Source: Antechinus flavipes
Taxonomy: Eukaryota
Reading direction: 5' to 3'
Length of the DNA stretch: 64,000 nucleotides
Assembly (NCBI RefSeq): GCF_016432865.1
Contig: NC_067400.1
Coordinates: 567,734,001 to 567,798,000, forward strand
The notes under the pieces are model-generated. The model ran no database searches, had not been told where the DNA came from, and worked only from the letters and a program-made list of their open reading frames with translations. This document shows, piece by piece, positions 16,859 through 34,100 of this stretch. A program made the position numbers and the translations under genes. Numbering within the stretch: the stretch's first letter is position 1; the number at the start of each line of letters is the position of its first letter.

Positions 16859-19834
16859 AGACCCTGGTGGAGGGAAGACCAGGGATGGCAGGAGGGGGCT
16901 GGTGAATGTTACAGGCCCCACTGCTGTGTCCCCTCTTGGCTTAGGGGCTGTGGGGAAGAGCTGGGGCCCATCAGGCATTTGACACTTTGCGATTTAGGTT
17001 CTTGAAGACGATTTTTATATATATATGGCATATAAAAGTGTGTGCGGTGCCCCATACTTTTATATACATACATGTATAAAACGAGTGCTCGCTTTCCCGT
17101 GCTTCAATGCATGGGGAGAGACGTGTGGCTACTCTGTGCTTTGGAGGGCTCAGCTGGGAGTGGCACCTGTGACTGCCCAGTCATGGCAACTTAGGTGGCT
17201 GGTCCTCTCTCCCTCTCGGATTCGCAGTTCTCCTCACTCCCAGCCCCCATGACCGTAACTCACTGGTGTCCCAGTGTATACACGCACAAGTGCACACGCG
17301 CTCTTGCATCTTGGTTGAGAGGATGGAGCTCTCCCACAGCACTGTCTTTGCCCCTCTTGTTTCTGTGTTTTCCAAGAGGGAGAGGCAAGAGCGCAGAGCC
17401 CATTCATTTAAAGACCCACCCAGTGGGAGTCTCGTGCCCAAACTAGACCATGCGTCCCAGTAGCCTTATGATTCACAGTTGCCTCTCCCTCCAGCACAAG
17501 CAGACTGAAAAGAGGTCGTCCAAAGAGGGTGGTTTGAGGAGGTTTGGGACGGGGGGCCCGAGTTACTGAGGAACTAATAAGGTTGGAGGACTATTAGTTA
17601 GCAATAGACTGTCTCCCTTCTGACTACAACAATCCCACTCCTCCTGGCCCCAGCTTTGGGCCTGTAACCGAGTTGGTGCAGTGCCTGCCTGTTCCTCATG
17701 GAGAGAGATTGATGCTTCCCTTTCATTATCCAGGATGTGCTTGAATCACTACAAGAGTTGTATAGAGCCTCGAGGACTGCCTCTTGTCCCCATAGCAGCT
17801 CAGCCCCAGGATCACAGCCCCCTCCCTACCCCCTTCTCTCCCTCCCTCCCCATTTCCATGGATTCCTCAGAATGATCCTCAGCCAGCGCCTGGGATTACT
17901 CCAGTGAAGTTTCTAGCCAGACTCCCACTCTGCCTTCTTTGACTGATCACGGGGCCTGCTGCTTGAAGGGTGGCCACCTAGACTTCTGGAGTCTGCGCCG
18001 AGAGCACTGGCTCTGGATTAGCCTCTACGCCAGCCAAGGACAGAAGAGCACAAGATTTTTCCCACCACTGGCTGATTCCTGGAAAGGGCCAGAAATCTAG
18101 CTTGCGAGCCATCTCCCATCTAATGAGCTTGGTGACAGGGAGTTTTGCCTTCCCTTGTTTTGACCAGGTTGCATGCTTACACTGTCAATCATGCCTACTG
18201 TGGTGTAGGCAAACCTGTGGGAGGAAATGATGCCCCAGGACCAGCCAAGCCCTAGCTGCTGGGTCAGGTTTTCTCTGACTTCTCCAGCCCAGCCTTTTGC
18301 CTCAGGGGAACCAGAGGAGCCACACAAACTGCAGGGTAGAGTAGACTAAGGGGACTGGCTTGGAGGATCTCGGCCACCTTGATTTCTCCAATCCCTCCTC
18401 GCCTTTTTCCACATCACAGAGGCTGTCCCACAAGTGTCATTTACAGATTAATCCTAAATCATGTTCTCACAGACCTTATTTCCCAGGGTCATAGTCTTCC
18501 CTTCCCCTTGTGCTCTGACTTCTTTGGGATGGCTCTGGATTAGATTTCCTTATCCAGGGGAGTCTCAGGCCTCAGAGATCAGAGTAGCATCCAACTGAAA
18601 CTTTCTATGTGTTATCCCTTGTCTTAGGGCCAGCCTGAAGGTGTGGCATGGGACGCTTGGGTTCTCAGGGGCTGGCGATGGGACTGGTCAATGGATGCAC
18701 ATTTGCCCTAGAAGGGATTTCTTGTGGACCCTGACCAAGCACTTGGGTTTCATTTACATTTCAGACTAGGAGGCATTTTCTCACCTCTGGGATAGAGTAG
18801 ATGGGTCTGTGTTGCTTCTATCCCTTTATTCCTTTTCAGTCTTCCAAGGTGCCCTTTCTTCTGATGTCCTTTGCCTCTCTTGAGTGCGTGCTAGCCCAGA
18901 ACTGCCTTCCAAGGCCACACAGGGCTGTCTGGGTGGGTAATTTGGACTTGTCTCTGCATGAAGAGGGCACAGATGGCACTCATTGCCCAACTCACTTCAG
19001 CTACCTCTGAGCTGCTGTAGGCCTGGGGCTACAGGAGCAGCCTCTAGCCCTCCACATTGGGTCCCTTTGCTGGGAAATGAGCTAATGAGTCCAGATGCTT
19101 CATCTTGCCACAGACTATATAACTCCTTGGTTCAACACCAGTAAACCCTGTTCCAAGGATTCAGTGCTGGATCTGCTTATCCAGGCAACAACAGTTAACC
19201 ACACACTAGGGCTTCCTTCACCCTCCTTGGCCCCTCTTAATTCTTAGCCTGTCTCCCACTAGTGACCAAATCCCAGAATTCACACTTGCTGCTGGTAGCT
19301 CTACAAAGCTACAGCTCCCTCCTTTTGGCTCTTAAAGTGGTTGCTTAGCCCTGGGCAGGAAATGGGATTTTGTTGCACAAGAAGCCTGGGCAGGTCCCAA
19401 TGGACAAGTGATCCAAAAAGAGTACTGTACCTGGCCCCCTCAGCCTTGGACCCAGAGAGCTCTGAAGCTGGTGGCTTATGTTTCAGGGATTCAGCCCCAT
19501 GCACACTCCACTTTGGCCTGTGGTTCTCTTCTGAAGAACTCGTTCAGCCCATTGGACCATGGCATTCTGGAGTAATTGTCCATGGGTCAAACTTGGGCAT
19601 TTTCTGTATTGAGTAGCTTAGAATGGCTCGGTATGGGGCTGCGAAACACCCCCCACTCGGCCAATGGTACAGCAGGGTAAACAGGGTTTGGGGGAGAAGA
19701 GTAAGGGGTTGGCTTCCTGCCTGGTGGGCTGTCCAGGCAGCCTGACCTCATGGGGGTTGGAAGCTGTATGCTAACAGCTTTTTTTTTTTTCCTTTTCACA
19801 ACAGACGGGGTGATTTTGATGTATTTTTAAACAC

Positions 19835-19840
19835 ATTAAA
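19835..19840 (+). terminator. candidate TXLNA polyA signal (ATTAAA), implying a ~3-kb 3' UTR
   Basis: ATTAAA at the end of a repeat-poor stretch, followed by GT/T-rich sequence. Inferred, not proven. Confidence 0.45.
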
Positions 19841-20740
19841 GTCTGTTGCCTTAACTTAAATCCTGTCTAATGTGTTCTAGAGCGATTGATTCAGCGGCTG
19901 GCCCCATGACTTCCTTCCACTTCTTTTCTATCTTACCTTCCTTCCCAAGTACTGATGTGTTTAGTTAGTGTTGTCTATGCCTATGGCCCCAGTCCTTATC
20001 CTGGCTCCACCACAATGGATTTGCTAATCCAGCACATGGTGAAAAGAGACAAAACCGGTAACATGGCAGCAGCTTGTTACCTTGACAGGTGTTCAGGGAA
20101 GACTGAAGCAGATCCCTTCTGAACAGGATTCGTCCTGTGTTCCACAGGCAAAGAAGATAATAAAAGCAAAGGCCCAAGGGCCAGGACATACAGGTTGTTT
20201 CTGGGACACGCTGGTGAGGAGAGGTACAGGAAGCCCACAGAACGCCAAGGCCCAGAGACTAAGCCATCTAGCTATTGTGAAATGTCAGTACAAGGGACAT
20301 GCTCTTCCATCTGACTTTGAGCCTTCCCGCTGATGCTTTTTCCTGGTGGCTGAGACTTGCGGTCTGTGACTAATGGGTTCCCACCAGCCCCAGGCTTCTC
20401 ACTGTTCTATGGGCAGCCTACACAGCCCTGCTTCCTAAACTGAAAAAACCTGAGACAGGCTGCTCTGGGATTGAATGAAGAGGGTGGGCAGGCTTTGTCT
20501 TCTCCAGAGCTTGAAGTGGGGTGGTGGGCTCTCCCCTGTTGGCCAGGGGAAGGGGGAAACACGATTTGCTGTTCAGCCTTGTGGTCCAGAGCCTGGCGTG
20601 TCCTCTCCATGGGCCAGTTTCCTTACCTAGAGAGTGGAATTAAGTTTGTGTGAGGATCAGCCGTGGTGGGAATATTGCTGCAACCGAAGGCGGACTAATC
20701 CGAGGCCCTTTCAATGACTGCCAGCTGTGACCTCTTCTTT

Positions 20741-20809
20741 TTTTTCTTTTCTTTTTTTTAATCTAGATTACCTCATATTTTATTGTAAGGGTTCAATTCT
20801 GACTTAGGA
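20741..20809 (-). mobile_element. 69-nt polyadenylated micro-retroinsertion with 14-bp TSD
   Basis: GTGACCTCTTCTTT at 20727-20740 and 20810-20823 flanks a T-rich tail (20741-20759) and about 50 nt containing minus-strand AATAAA (20779-20784). Confidence 0.75.
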
Positions 20810-23249
20810 GTGACCTCTTCTTTCATCAGCTTTTCATCAGACACAAGTCCAGCTTGTGTCCAGGCAAGGGGATGGGGGAGAGTTTTCTTCACAGCTCCTC
20901 TTCTGGAGTAATTACTTTAGGCCAGCATAAAGAATGCTGCCTCTTGCCTACGGAGTCATCCAGGAGTCCACCCTGATGTCCAAAGCTCCATCTTGCAGCA
21001 GAGCACAGCTTTGGGTTGGTGGAGACTTCACTCTCTGCTTGCAGCTCTTCTGCAAACTCTTACTTAGGAGTCTGATTGGTTCACGAGCCAGGGGGACAGA
21101 TCGCTTCCCACAGAAGATCCCATTTCAGGCTCTCATGGGAAAGGAGAGGCAAAAACTAGCCTCACGACACCCCACCCCTGGAGTCTCTCTCCAATGCCCT
21201 TTACAGATAGGAAACTGATATCCGGTAAGATGTTATTGGATAGCTCCAGCCTAGGCTTCTCAGCTCTGCCCCACACTGCCTCTGCACACTTTCTGAACTT
21301 GCCCCAATTCCCAGTTCTGATGGCCTTGTTTCTTTAGGAAAATCTTTATAATGACTTCCCCTTGGCTGCTGAATAAAAAATCCTGGCTCAGCCCCCAAGG
21401 TCTGTAATCTAGCCATGACCAGCCTTCTAGCCTTAGCCTTCTGGGCATCCTACTGTTTACTCTGATTCTGCCTTTGCCAAAGCTCCCACAATGATGAACA
21501 AGAATGTACCAGCATGCCTGCTTTGTGGGTGCCATTTCCTCCATGAAGCCTTCACTTAGCTGAGGGCAACAGCACACAGCTTCCCACCCAAGGGGAAAGA
21601 CTTCTTCCCATTTCCAAAGACAGGACCTGGCATCCAGCAGAGGCAAGATGAGCACAAGTGCCTGGCACATAGCAGGCACTTAAATGTTTTTTTGGCTAAT
21701 TGACAAACAGGTTGATCAATGAGAGGAAGGATAAGGGTTAACTGTTAGGGATGGACTATGGACTGATCTCACAAGTTAATGAAGACAAATCCCCCCAGGA
21801 CCTTAAATTTTTCAACCACTTATTGTTCTCTAAATCCTTGGGAAATGAGTGTTTGTGTTAACAGAAGCTAAGTCCTGGATCCATATGAAGGGCATGTGGC
21901 TAGGGAGAAGCCCTTTTTGCATTTCCTCAGCCTTGACTTTCCCAAGGAGACAACTCCTCTTTTCATCATAAAGGTCCATAAAGGTGGCTGGATAAAGGAA
22001 GACCTGGATTCAAATCTTGACTGACCCTCGAATACCATAGCAAATTATATCTCTTAGTAACTCAGACTAGAAAAAGTCAGGTGCAAGAATATAATTAACT
22101 CAGAAATGTTTGGAAGTGGATATTGGGAAAAGAACTCCTTCCCTCCCTGCAACTATCTGATTCAGATTTCCTACTGCTCATATCCACAACTGTCAGTAAA
22201 AAGTCTCCCCCCAGTTGTCTCAACATCCTAGACTCAATGTGTCCAAAATGGAGCCTGTTCTCTTATCCCATCAACCTGCAGCTCCCTCTCCTAACTCCCC
22301 CTTCCTCCTAACTTTGTTGAGGGCCACACTCTTCTTCCAAGTCACCCAGATTCACGGCAGAAGTCATCCTCTCTACTGTCTCTCCCCTTCTATCCCTCCT
22401 TTTCTCTACCTTCTTCCTGCCTCTCCTCAGTGTCTCTTTTTCTCCCTCTATCTCAGTGTCTGTCTCTTCCTGTCCAATCCATTATCCCATACATGGACAG
22501 TTGCTAAGTCTCTTTGATTCTCCCTCCACAGTGCAGCTATCTCACATCCAAGCCCATCTCTGCACTCAGTTCAGGCCATCCCTTCCTTCCTGGATTTACT
22601 CCCTTTGTCCTCTCTCCAATCCAGTGTTTACCCAACTACCACACTGAGGTAACTCAAAAGCACTGATCCCTCAATAAATTCCAGTCTACTTTTCCAGACA
22701 TTTCCCATTACCGTTTCTCACCCCCACCCCCACCCACCCCCACCCCCAGTGCCTGCTTATGGGTCAAGTGGCTCCATGCTCAAAAGGCTCTCTCCCCATC
22801 CTCACAGCAGAATTGCTGGAGCCCTGGGAGTCTCAGCTCAGATCTGGCCTCTGAGAGAAGGCCTTTGTCTTGCTGGTGAGGAGTATTCTCTTCCCCAAAC
22901 TCTTTGTATATACTGTTATCTGCCCTGAGATAGGGCCTCGGCTCCATTTCTGGTGCCCGAAGGCACTTAATCCTTCTGAGCTCTGACTGAATTGAAAGTG
23001 TGGCTGTGCTTGGGACCATTCTGAGAACCAGTACTACTGAGGAATCATCAAAGCTTGCAGCCCCCGCCCCCCCCCTTGGACTCCAGAATCCAGCCTCAGT
23101 CACTCACTACCGGATTGATCCTGGGCAAGTTACTTAACCTCTTTCTACCTTCCCCTTTCTGAAAAAGGGGTTTCTCTCTGTGTGTTAAACACCCACTTCC
23201 CAGGGTTGTTTTGAAGATCAAATCAGTTGGGATGCTTGGCAAACTTAAA

Positions 23250-23900
23250 GACGCTATAAAATGCGCGCTGCTGCTCCGACGGTCGGACTCAGTTGTCGGC
23301 ATGATCCCGGGCAACCGTATGGTGTCCAACACTCCTAACCCGTTATTTTCCCCAAAGCGGAACCGACTGGCCCTGTGGTTTCTGGGAAACCGCTGAGAGC
23401 TGACAATTCCCCCCTCCCTTCCCCCGCCCCCCGCCGGGGGCGGGCCCCGGCCTCCTCCCTGCCCGCCGGGCACGCTGCCACCCTTGAAACTGGGCCACAG
23501 CCAGACCTGGCAAGGGAGGAGCAGGTTAGAAAGCCAAGGCCGACTCCAAGAAGACCAAGCCTGGGAGCCCAAAGAAGAGGCGTCCCCTTTAAATGCAAAT
23601 CACTCCCCGCGCTCGCTCTCCCCCTCACACACACACACTCACACTCACACTCATCGCGGGGAGTGGGAGGCGGGGGAGCCCAGGCCGGACGCGGCAGCGG
23701 CCCAGGCGGGCCGGCAGCTTCTGCTGGGATCTGTCCAGGTCAGTCTTTGTCGCGGGGCCAGTTTCGGGATTGTGGGGGATGGAGCACAGGGTCCCAATGT
23801 GCCCTTCGAGAGAGCCGGCCGCCCGGCGCAGCGATCCGCTTGGGGATGCTGAGCCCCCGCCCCTCAGCCGCGTCGCGCCCGCTGCCTAAGTGGGGCAGGA
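23250..23900 (+). promoter_or_regulatory. CCDC28B CpG-island promoter; probable non-coding exon ending at 23738
   Basis: CpG-rich, GC boxes, X-box-like GTTTCTGGGAAAC at 23378-23390, and a strong donor CAG|GTCAGT at 23738/9. The next acceptor is at 26316/7, upstream of the ATG. Confidence 0.6.
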
Positions 23901-26373
23901 TGTCCCCGGGCCGCGGGGGCGTTGGTGGGAGCCAGGCTCCAGCTAGGGGCTGCCCTCGACCCGGGCAAATGCTAACAGACACGCCCGGAGGCTTGCACAG
24001 AGACACAAGTGCTTCTCTCCGTGGATGGAGGCCAGACAGGGAAAGCTGCTCGAGAGGCAGGGGCTGCTGCCCTTTGAGGGGCTATCTCCCAGCACCTAGC
24101 ACGGTGCCAGCCGCACAGCAGGTGCCTAATAAATGCTTCTTTAATGAGATCACTTTTCTAGAGCGCTTCAGTAATTGGGGGAAAAAAAAAATTGTCCACC
24201 ACCGCCCAATACATTGGATGAGGATTTGACAGATGAGGAAACTGAAGTTCGGGAAATGATTTGCCCAGAATCACACGTGTCTGGGACCCTCTGGATCCCA
24301 GACCTCCTGAGGGCCGTTGCAACGTTCTTTCCAATCAAAGCGGAACATACCGAATCCCCCAGCCCCAGGCCAAGCTTAGCACACAGGGCCAGTCCCAAAA
24401 GACACCAGCCCAAGGCCAAAGGGCCCAGGACCCTGCTGGGAGTGCCACCTTTGACCTGAGATGGGCAGCCTTGCCCTACCTGTAGAGAACAGTAAGAGAG
24501 ATTCCTTGAGAGGGGAGCAAAGGACACATCCAAAATCCATATCATCCCTGAATGCTCACACAAAAATCTCTGAGAATGGGAGCCTGGGAACTGAGAAGAA
24601 CAGGTCCTCCTCCAAGAAGGGAGATCCCCTTTAGAGGCCAGAAGGAGGGGCATAGAACCAGGACCTTATTCTCTGTGTGGGAGCAGGCAGTCTTGGCACA
24701 AAAACTGCCTCAATCTCCCCTTGACTCCCCCAAGTAGAACAATTGCCCTCCTCCCCACTCCTCCCACTTTGCTGGATGTGTGGAGAAGTCAGGGTACCAC
24801 CTGAAACAAGTTCCTGACTCAGAGCTTCACCTTGTCCCTCCCTCTGAGAGCTTCCAGGCTTGTAAGGACCGTTAAGGTATCTGAGGGCCGGGGTTTAATT
24901 TCATTAGTTTGCAAGCTAAGACAAGCAGAAAGTGGGACGGAAGAAAAGCTGGTGGGGACATCTCTAATCATCCTCCACAGCATCAGTCTGCTAAAACTCT
25001 CTCCCTGGTCCCAGCTTCCAGAGGCCCAGGGTCTGCTTGCCATCTGGCCAATTACTGCCTCAGTTGGACAAACACTAAGCCAGAGCTGACCAACCACTCT
25101 GGTCCTGGGGCAGAGTGTAAGGAAACTTCTCGTCTACAGCAATTTAAAGTCTGCAGAGTTCTTTCAACACAATAACCCTGTGTGGTTATTTAACATATTG
25201 ATATACCCATGATGAAATGAAGCTGCAGGGTGGGCCAGGGGTCAAACTCCAGCTTCCTGGCACCGAGCCAGGGGTGTTCTCCATTGTACTAAAAGTGTCT
25301 GACAAGGCCTAAGGGTGATGAGAAATCTGAGGGGGGGGGGGATTACTCTTAGCTGGGGAGAAAAGCCTTGGAAATGCTTTTAGGAAGACACTTGTATCTG
25401 AGCTTTCAGAAGGGGCCTGTCTTCAACAGAGTGATGGTAGTGGGATGAGGAACAGAAAGGGAAAGGGAACTTTGATTACACTCCCACTGTGTACCAGGTA
25501 TTGTGCCAAGGGCTTTTCCAATATCATCATCCATACCTGGTACAGACAGTATAGATGAAGCCACTGGAAATGGGAGGGGAAAGGACAAGGTGGTGACTTA
25601 AAGGACAGTAGACCAGACAGTTTATGTGGAAAGGTATTTGAAGCCAGGTTATGGAACTCCTTGAGTATATGGGTCACCTTGAGTATATGGGTCAGAAATT
25701 TTATGCTTTGACCCATTGTGGAAATGTTTTGCATTACTACATATGCATAGCCAATATTGTTATTGCTTGTATTCTCAATGGAGAGGGGGAGAAGGAAGAG
25801 AATCTGGAACTCAAGTCTTAAAAAACATGCTAAAATTGTGAAAAAGATTCTATAAAGTTAAAAAAAATGTAAGCTTTAGTGAATAGGAAAGTTCCTCTCG
25901 CTCTCTCTGCTCCTCAGTTTCTCCTTGAATACAGTACAGTAAGGGTTGCAGTAGGCTCATCTAATTAAGATTTGATTTTGGAGAGACACGATGGGGACAA
26001 GAGGATAGCTCTAAGAAATGAACTCAAGATTCCCAGTCCCTTGGACAAATGGAATCTTAGGCCTTCCAGACCAGATGGACATGTCAGAGAATCAGTAGCT
26101 GGTGTACTTGAATGGGAGTCTCCAAATCATCTCTGTCCAATGGGAATCTAGTCATCGAGGAGACCTCTAGAGATGGGGACTTGCCCCAGTCTACTTTTGG
26201 AGCTCTGGAAGTTTCTTCTTGTATCCCGTGAAAATCTGCCTTTTGCTCCCATTCCCCCTTTGGGGCCAAACCAAAGTGTCTCACTCCTTTGTCCCCACTG
26301 GTCTTTCTCTTGCCAGGCTTCCTCCCCAAGGGCACCTTGATCCCTTTGGAACCAAGCCTGGCCACCCACAGAC

Positions 26374-27861
<1,488 letters not shown>

Positions 27862-28287
27862 GGGGAGTCTTCCGCGGGGCCCTATCAAACTTGCTCTCTG
27901 CCTCAGTTTCCCCAGGATGGCTGAGGGGAGCAGCTGGCCTCTCTCAGATCGAAGGGTATGAGGAAGGAGCTTCGGCCCCTTCAAGACCTTGACTCTGTGA
28001 CCTGGCGGTGGGCCTTGGAGATGTGACCCCCCAGGCCTTCGGATCCCAAATACCCAGAGCTATGACCCTGGCTTGGGACTTGAAGCCTCCTGACCTCATG
28101 TGACCCTGACTTCTGACCCAGGTTGTGACCCACCAGGTCGAATGACCTCACATGACCCCAAGCTCTGAACAAGCTGTGCCCGCAGGCCCTCCGATTTCAA
28201 ATGACCCTGGCCTCTGACCCCGGCTGTGATATCTCCAGGGTCGCCTCTCCCCTCCCCCTAAGTTCCGGCCGGGCCTCTAGCAGCTGA

Positions 28288-28293
28288 ATTAAA
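28288..28293 (+). terminator. candidate CCDC28B polyA signal ATTAAA
   Basis: Hexamer followed by GT-rich sequence, just upstream of the IQCC promoter. Confidence 0.45.
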
Positions 28294-28339
28294 CTTGATG
28301 GACCGAAGTGCTCTGGGTGTCAGTGTCTTCATTGACTCC

Positions 28340-30050
<1,711 letters not shown>

Positions 30051-31088
30051 TTGGAGAGGACTGTACCTCAAGCACTGGGATCACCATAATACCATCGTCT
30101 GAGTGTCCAAGCTGTCGACGAGACTGGGAAGCTGATACTGCTGGGAAGGGCCTCCCCATAGCTCACTACTGAAGACTCCTGTTCTCCAACCCGTTCCAGT
30201 GGACCAGAGTGAAGTCAGGGCACAAGTTCAGCTTTATCCTCAAGGCCAATATGCCAGGACCTCTTTGTCGCCTTCCTTGGCTCCAAGGACCAGACTAGTA
30301 TCAGATTTCTAAGCCTCAGTATAACCCTGTGTTTGGAATAGGTGGGCCTTGAACCTGGCCTAGGACCATTAACTCTACACCTGGAAAAATGTGTGAGACC
30401 ATAATCCAGCCTCCCAGCATCAAGCCTGGGGTTAGATGGACCCTGATTCAGAAAGCATCCTTTGGGCAGACAGAGAACAGAAACTTGGTGAGAACTGAAG
30501 GAGAGAATAAGAGAATCAAGTCACTGGGTTAGAGGAAGAATTAAACACCTTCCATTTTGGAGCTTTGGTAGTTCCATCTCTTTGACCCAGTATTTGTGTG
30601 CCATGAAAAGTATATTTTAGAATCAGCTCTCCCTTCTACTGGGATCTGGTCCCCTCCCCAAAGTCAAATGAACCTGACAATTACTCATCAGTTGCATGGA
30701 AGGGTATGTGTATGTGTTTGTGCTTGGGGTGGAAAGGAGTGTGTACAAGTAGAAGCTGAATCACTAGATTTAGAACTTGAAGAGCCCTTCCAGATTATCT
30801 GACTCAATCCCCTTTGACAGGAGGAAAAAAAAAAAATGAGGTCTCTGGAGGGAAATGGACTTTGCAAAGCCACACAAGGTTTAAGGAATATTGAAATTTG
30901 AACCAGCTTTTAGGAATAGTATAGAGGGAACTGTTGCTCAGATGATTGGATTAGGTAATCAAAATCTCTAGTAAAAAATTAGCTCTAGTCTCATTTCCAG
31001 CTAGAGGGCTACTACTTTAGATTTCTAATGACAAACTAAAATGGGGAGGTAGGAGTTAAGCCTCCGAGTCCCTCCTTTCTCTATCCTG

Positions 31089-31101
31089 ATTGCCTAGCAA
31101 C
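31089..31101 (+). promoter_or_regulatory. RFX X-box-like site upstream of DCDC2B
   Basis: ATTGCCTAGCAAC, one mismatch from GTTGCCTAGCAAC, ending 38 bp before the ATG. Confidence 0.6.
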
Positions 31102-31138
31102 GGTTGAGCGTCCCTTGCCAGCTTAGGTCAGCAGCACC

Positions 31139-34100
31139 ATGGCTGCCACTACTCCTGGGCTTCCTATGGCCAAGAAGGTGGTGGTATACCGGAATGGGGA
31201 CCTGTTCTCTCCAGGAAGACAGCTGGTGGTCACCCACCGCCGTTTCCCCACTTTCGAGGCATTTCTTAATGAGGTGACAAGTGCCGTACAGGCTCCTCTG
31301 GCCATTCGTTCCCTCTACACCCCCCAGCATGGCCATGTCATCACTGACTTGTCAGAGCTTCAGAACGGTGGGGAGTATGTTGCTGCTGGCTTTGAACGTT
31401 TCCGGAGGTTGCCGTGAGTGGGGACCAAGGGACCTTTGGGCAACTAGAGATTATCCATTACTCCACTGCACCAAAGGCTTTTTAACAAGCTCTCCTTGAC
31501 TCATTTCCATGTCCCTCATCATTCCCCTCCTTACCTCACAAGATAGTGCTTTTTATTTGTGGGGAGCATGAGAACTCTCCAAGCCCAAGGGCCATTTCTT
31601 CCCCTGGATGTGATATCCTATGGTGATTGGTATTAGCCAAAACAGGGATCCATGTGTAGAGGGGCAGGGTTGGCCACGGATGACCCAAAAGCCAATCTCA
31701 CTCTGAACTGCTTCCATTTGAGGCCTTCCCACCTTTGGAGGGAGAATTTTGGAAGCCCAGGCTTTCCTTGGTTTAGATCAGAAAACAACTTAGATTAATA
31801 CTGATTGCTGATATCAGACCTGGTAGCAACTCAATCCAAAAGTCAAGGAGAATCAGGTTGCAAGCAGATGAACTATCCATGAGGATGAAAAAAAATTGAA
31901 CAGCATTGTCCCCTAACCTCTATCTGATGTCTCCTACTCTCCAATCCCAAAAGAGTAAGACTGAAGAAGGAAGAGTAGGGGGAAAAGTGGGTAGTTTGGA
32001 GAAAGTGCCATGTCCAGGAGGCGATAACATTTTCTGTGTCTTTCAGCTATATCTACCCTGGAGGTGAAAAACCAGGGAGGAAAAATATCAGATTCCTGGT
32101 GGGTTCTATACCTTTCCAAACTTGGCCCTTCCCTCACCCATGTTTACCCTGCAACACTTGGACCCAGTAGGCTCCTGGGGCTATGAATGTGTACCTGCCT
32201 CCCTGTATCAGGAGTAAAGGGGACCAGAGTTTATAGCCTACCAATAGCCACTTCTCTTGTGACCCTGGGCAAGTCAACCCCTGTGGGCTTCTTTTTCTTC
32301 ACCAGGGAGTTATCAAATAGCACTAAATGATCCTCCCAAACCCCAGGCCCCTTAGATATCTTAAAGTGTCTGTGAACAGCAAAGCAGACTGAGGTAGGCA
32401 GCTAGCTGAGCTGAGGATTCTTTTAGCCTGGAGCTCCTCAGCTCTGGTTGATCAGAATCAGGAGGATGATTTCTTAACAAAGAAGGAGGCGCACATGGGC
32501 CAGAACAGGTGAGGGATTTGCCCGAAGTGAGGAGAGCTGGGCCTCAGACTGGTACAGCTCAGAGGCTGCAGCAACTCAACAGGCTCGAGCCGCACAGTCT
32601 AGCAGAGAGCCATAGGTTTGGAGTCAAGACCTACAGGAGACCTGATTCTGTCCCATCCTCACTGAGTGATCTTGGTCAAATTCTTTCCCTTTCTGTGACA
32701 TTCAGCAGTGCCATCACTAAAAGGATGCACTAGTTATCTTAGAACTTAGATCCAATGTTGGATCATAAACTTTGGGGGAACTTGGAGATTATCTAGTCCA
32801 AACTCCTTTTCCAAGGGGGAAACTGAGGCCCTGAGAAGTGGCAAAGATGACTCCAAATGTACTGCTTTTCCCTTTGTTCCAGGCTGGGCCAATGAGGTGA
32901 TGTTTGCCAATCACGAAGCACTATGTAACTGTCAGTTATTATTTTGCCAGGCTCCTCCAGCCCTCCCAAGACCAAATTACAGGTCTCCTGGGAAGAGAAT
33001 CCCAGCCTTGGCCTCCTGCACAATTCAGTGAGTGCTGAGGTTGTGGGAATGGAATGGGAATAAGGGCTGAGGGAAAATGCCGATGAAAACAGTCTTCTTC
33101 AGCCACAGCAGACAATCTTTTTGTTGGTCCATCAAGGGTTTTAGACTTCTAAGGCTACCAGAGCTTCCTGAAGTCCTCAGCTGGGGTGGAGTCACAGGCC
33201 CCTGTTTTGTTCTTATTCCAGGGTGTTTAGAAATGGGGACCTGCTGAGCCCTCCTTTTAGCCTGCACCTAGCCTGTACCTCCCGGCAGGACTGGGGAGCA
33301 GTGCTGAGACAACTGACGGAGAAGGCCCAGCTGAAGGACGGAGCTGTGAGCGGGTAGGAGCTGGGGCTGGGCTGCCTGAAGGAGTAGCTTGGAGGATGCC
33401 CAGTAGAGGGAAAGAATCAGGGAGGAAATGTGAGGTCCAGGAAAGCAAATTGCCTAAGACCCTCCCCCCCACCCCAATGAGAGAACAGTTAGTGTTTCCG
33501 ACTTGTCACTGAACTACTGGAGGAGCCTAGGTGCAGAGATAGAAGGAACCTTTGAGTAATCTCCATTTACAAATAATGACTAGAACTTAAGTCTCTCGTT
33601 CCAAATCCTAAGGAAGACCCCATAGTACAACAGAGATTCTGGCTTTGGGCCCAAATCCTAACCTGAGAGCAAGTCCCTAAGCTCCAGTGGCTCCCTATCA
33701 CCCTCAGAATCAAATACAGAATTCTCTGGAATTCAAAGCCTTTCACAAAGTAGCCCCTTCCTACATGTCCAGTTTTCTTACACCTTACTTTCCAACACTG
33801 GCATCCTGGCTGATCCTTTAAGTAAACATCCTCTTATTTTGGGGCATTTTCTCTAGTTGTCCCCTATGGCTGGAATGTTCTTGCTCAACTACTGACTTCT
33901 CTGGCTTCCTTTAAGTTCCAACCACAATTCTACCTTTTACAGAATACCTTCTCCAACTATATCCCCGTAGCTTATTTCCTATTTATCCCATATGTAGCTT
34001 GCTTTCCTTTTTTTTGCATTATCTCAATTACATTGCAAGATCCTTGAGGCAAAGATTTTTTTGTCTCTTTGTATCATTTATTGATAGACCTGTAAGAGGG

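Noticed and set aside
23375-24229. 284-aa plus-strand ORF
   Set aside because: It lies in the GC-rich CCDC28B CpG island, has a Pro/Gly/Arg-rich composition with no recognisable domain, and crosses a strong splice donor. Most likely a stop-poor shadow ORF.
25659-25694. 18-bp tandem duplication (similar ~38-bp-period duplication at 61340-61396)
   Set aside because: Two-copy slippage events in decayed or intronic sequence with nothing suggesting function.
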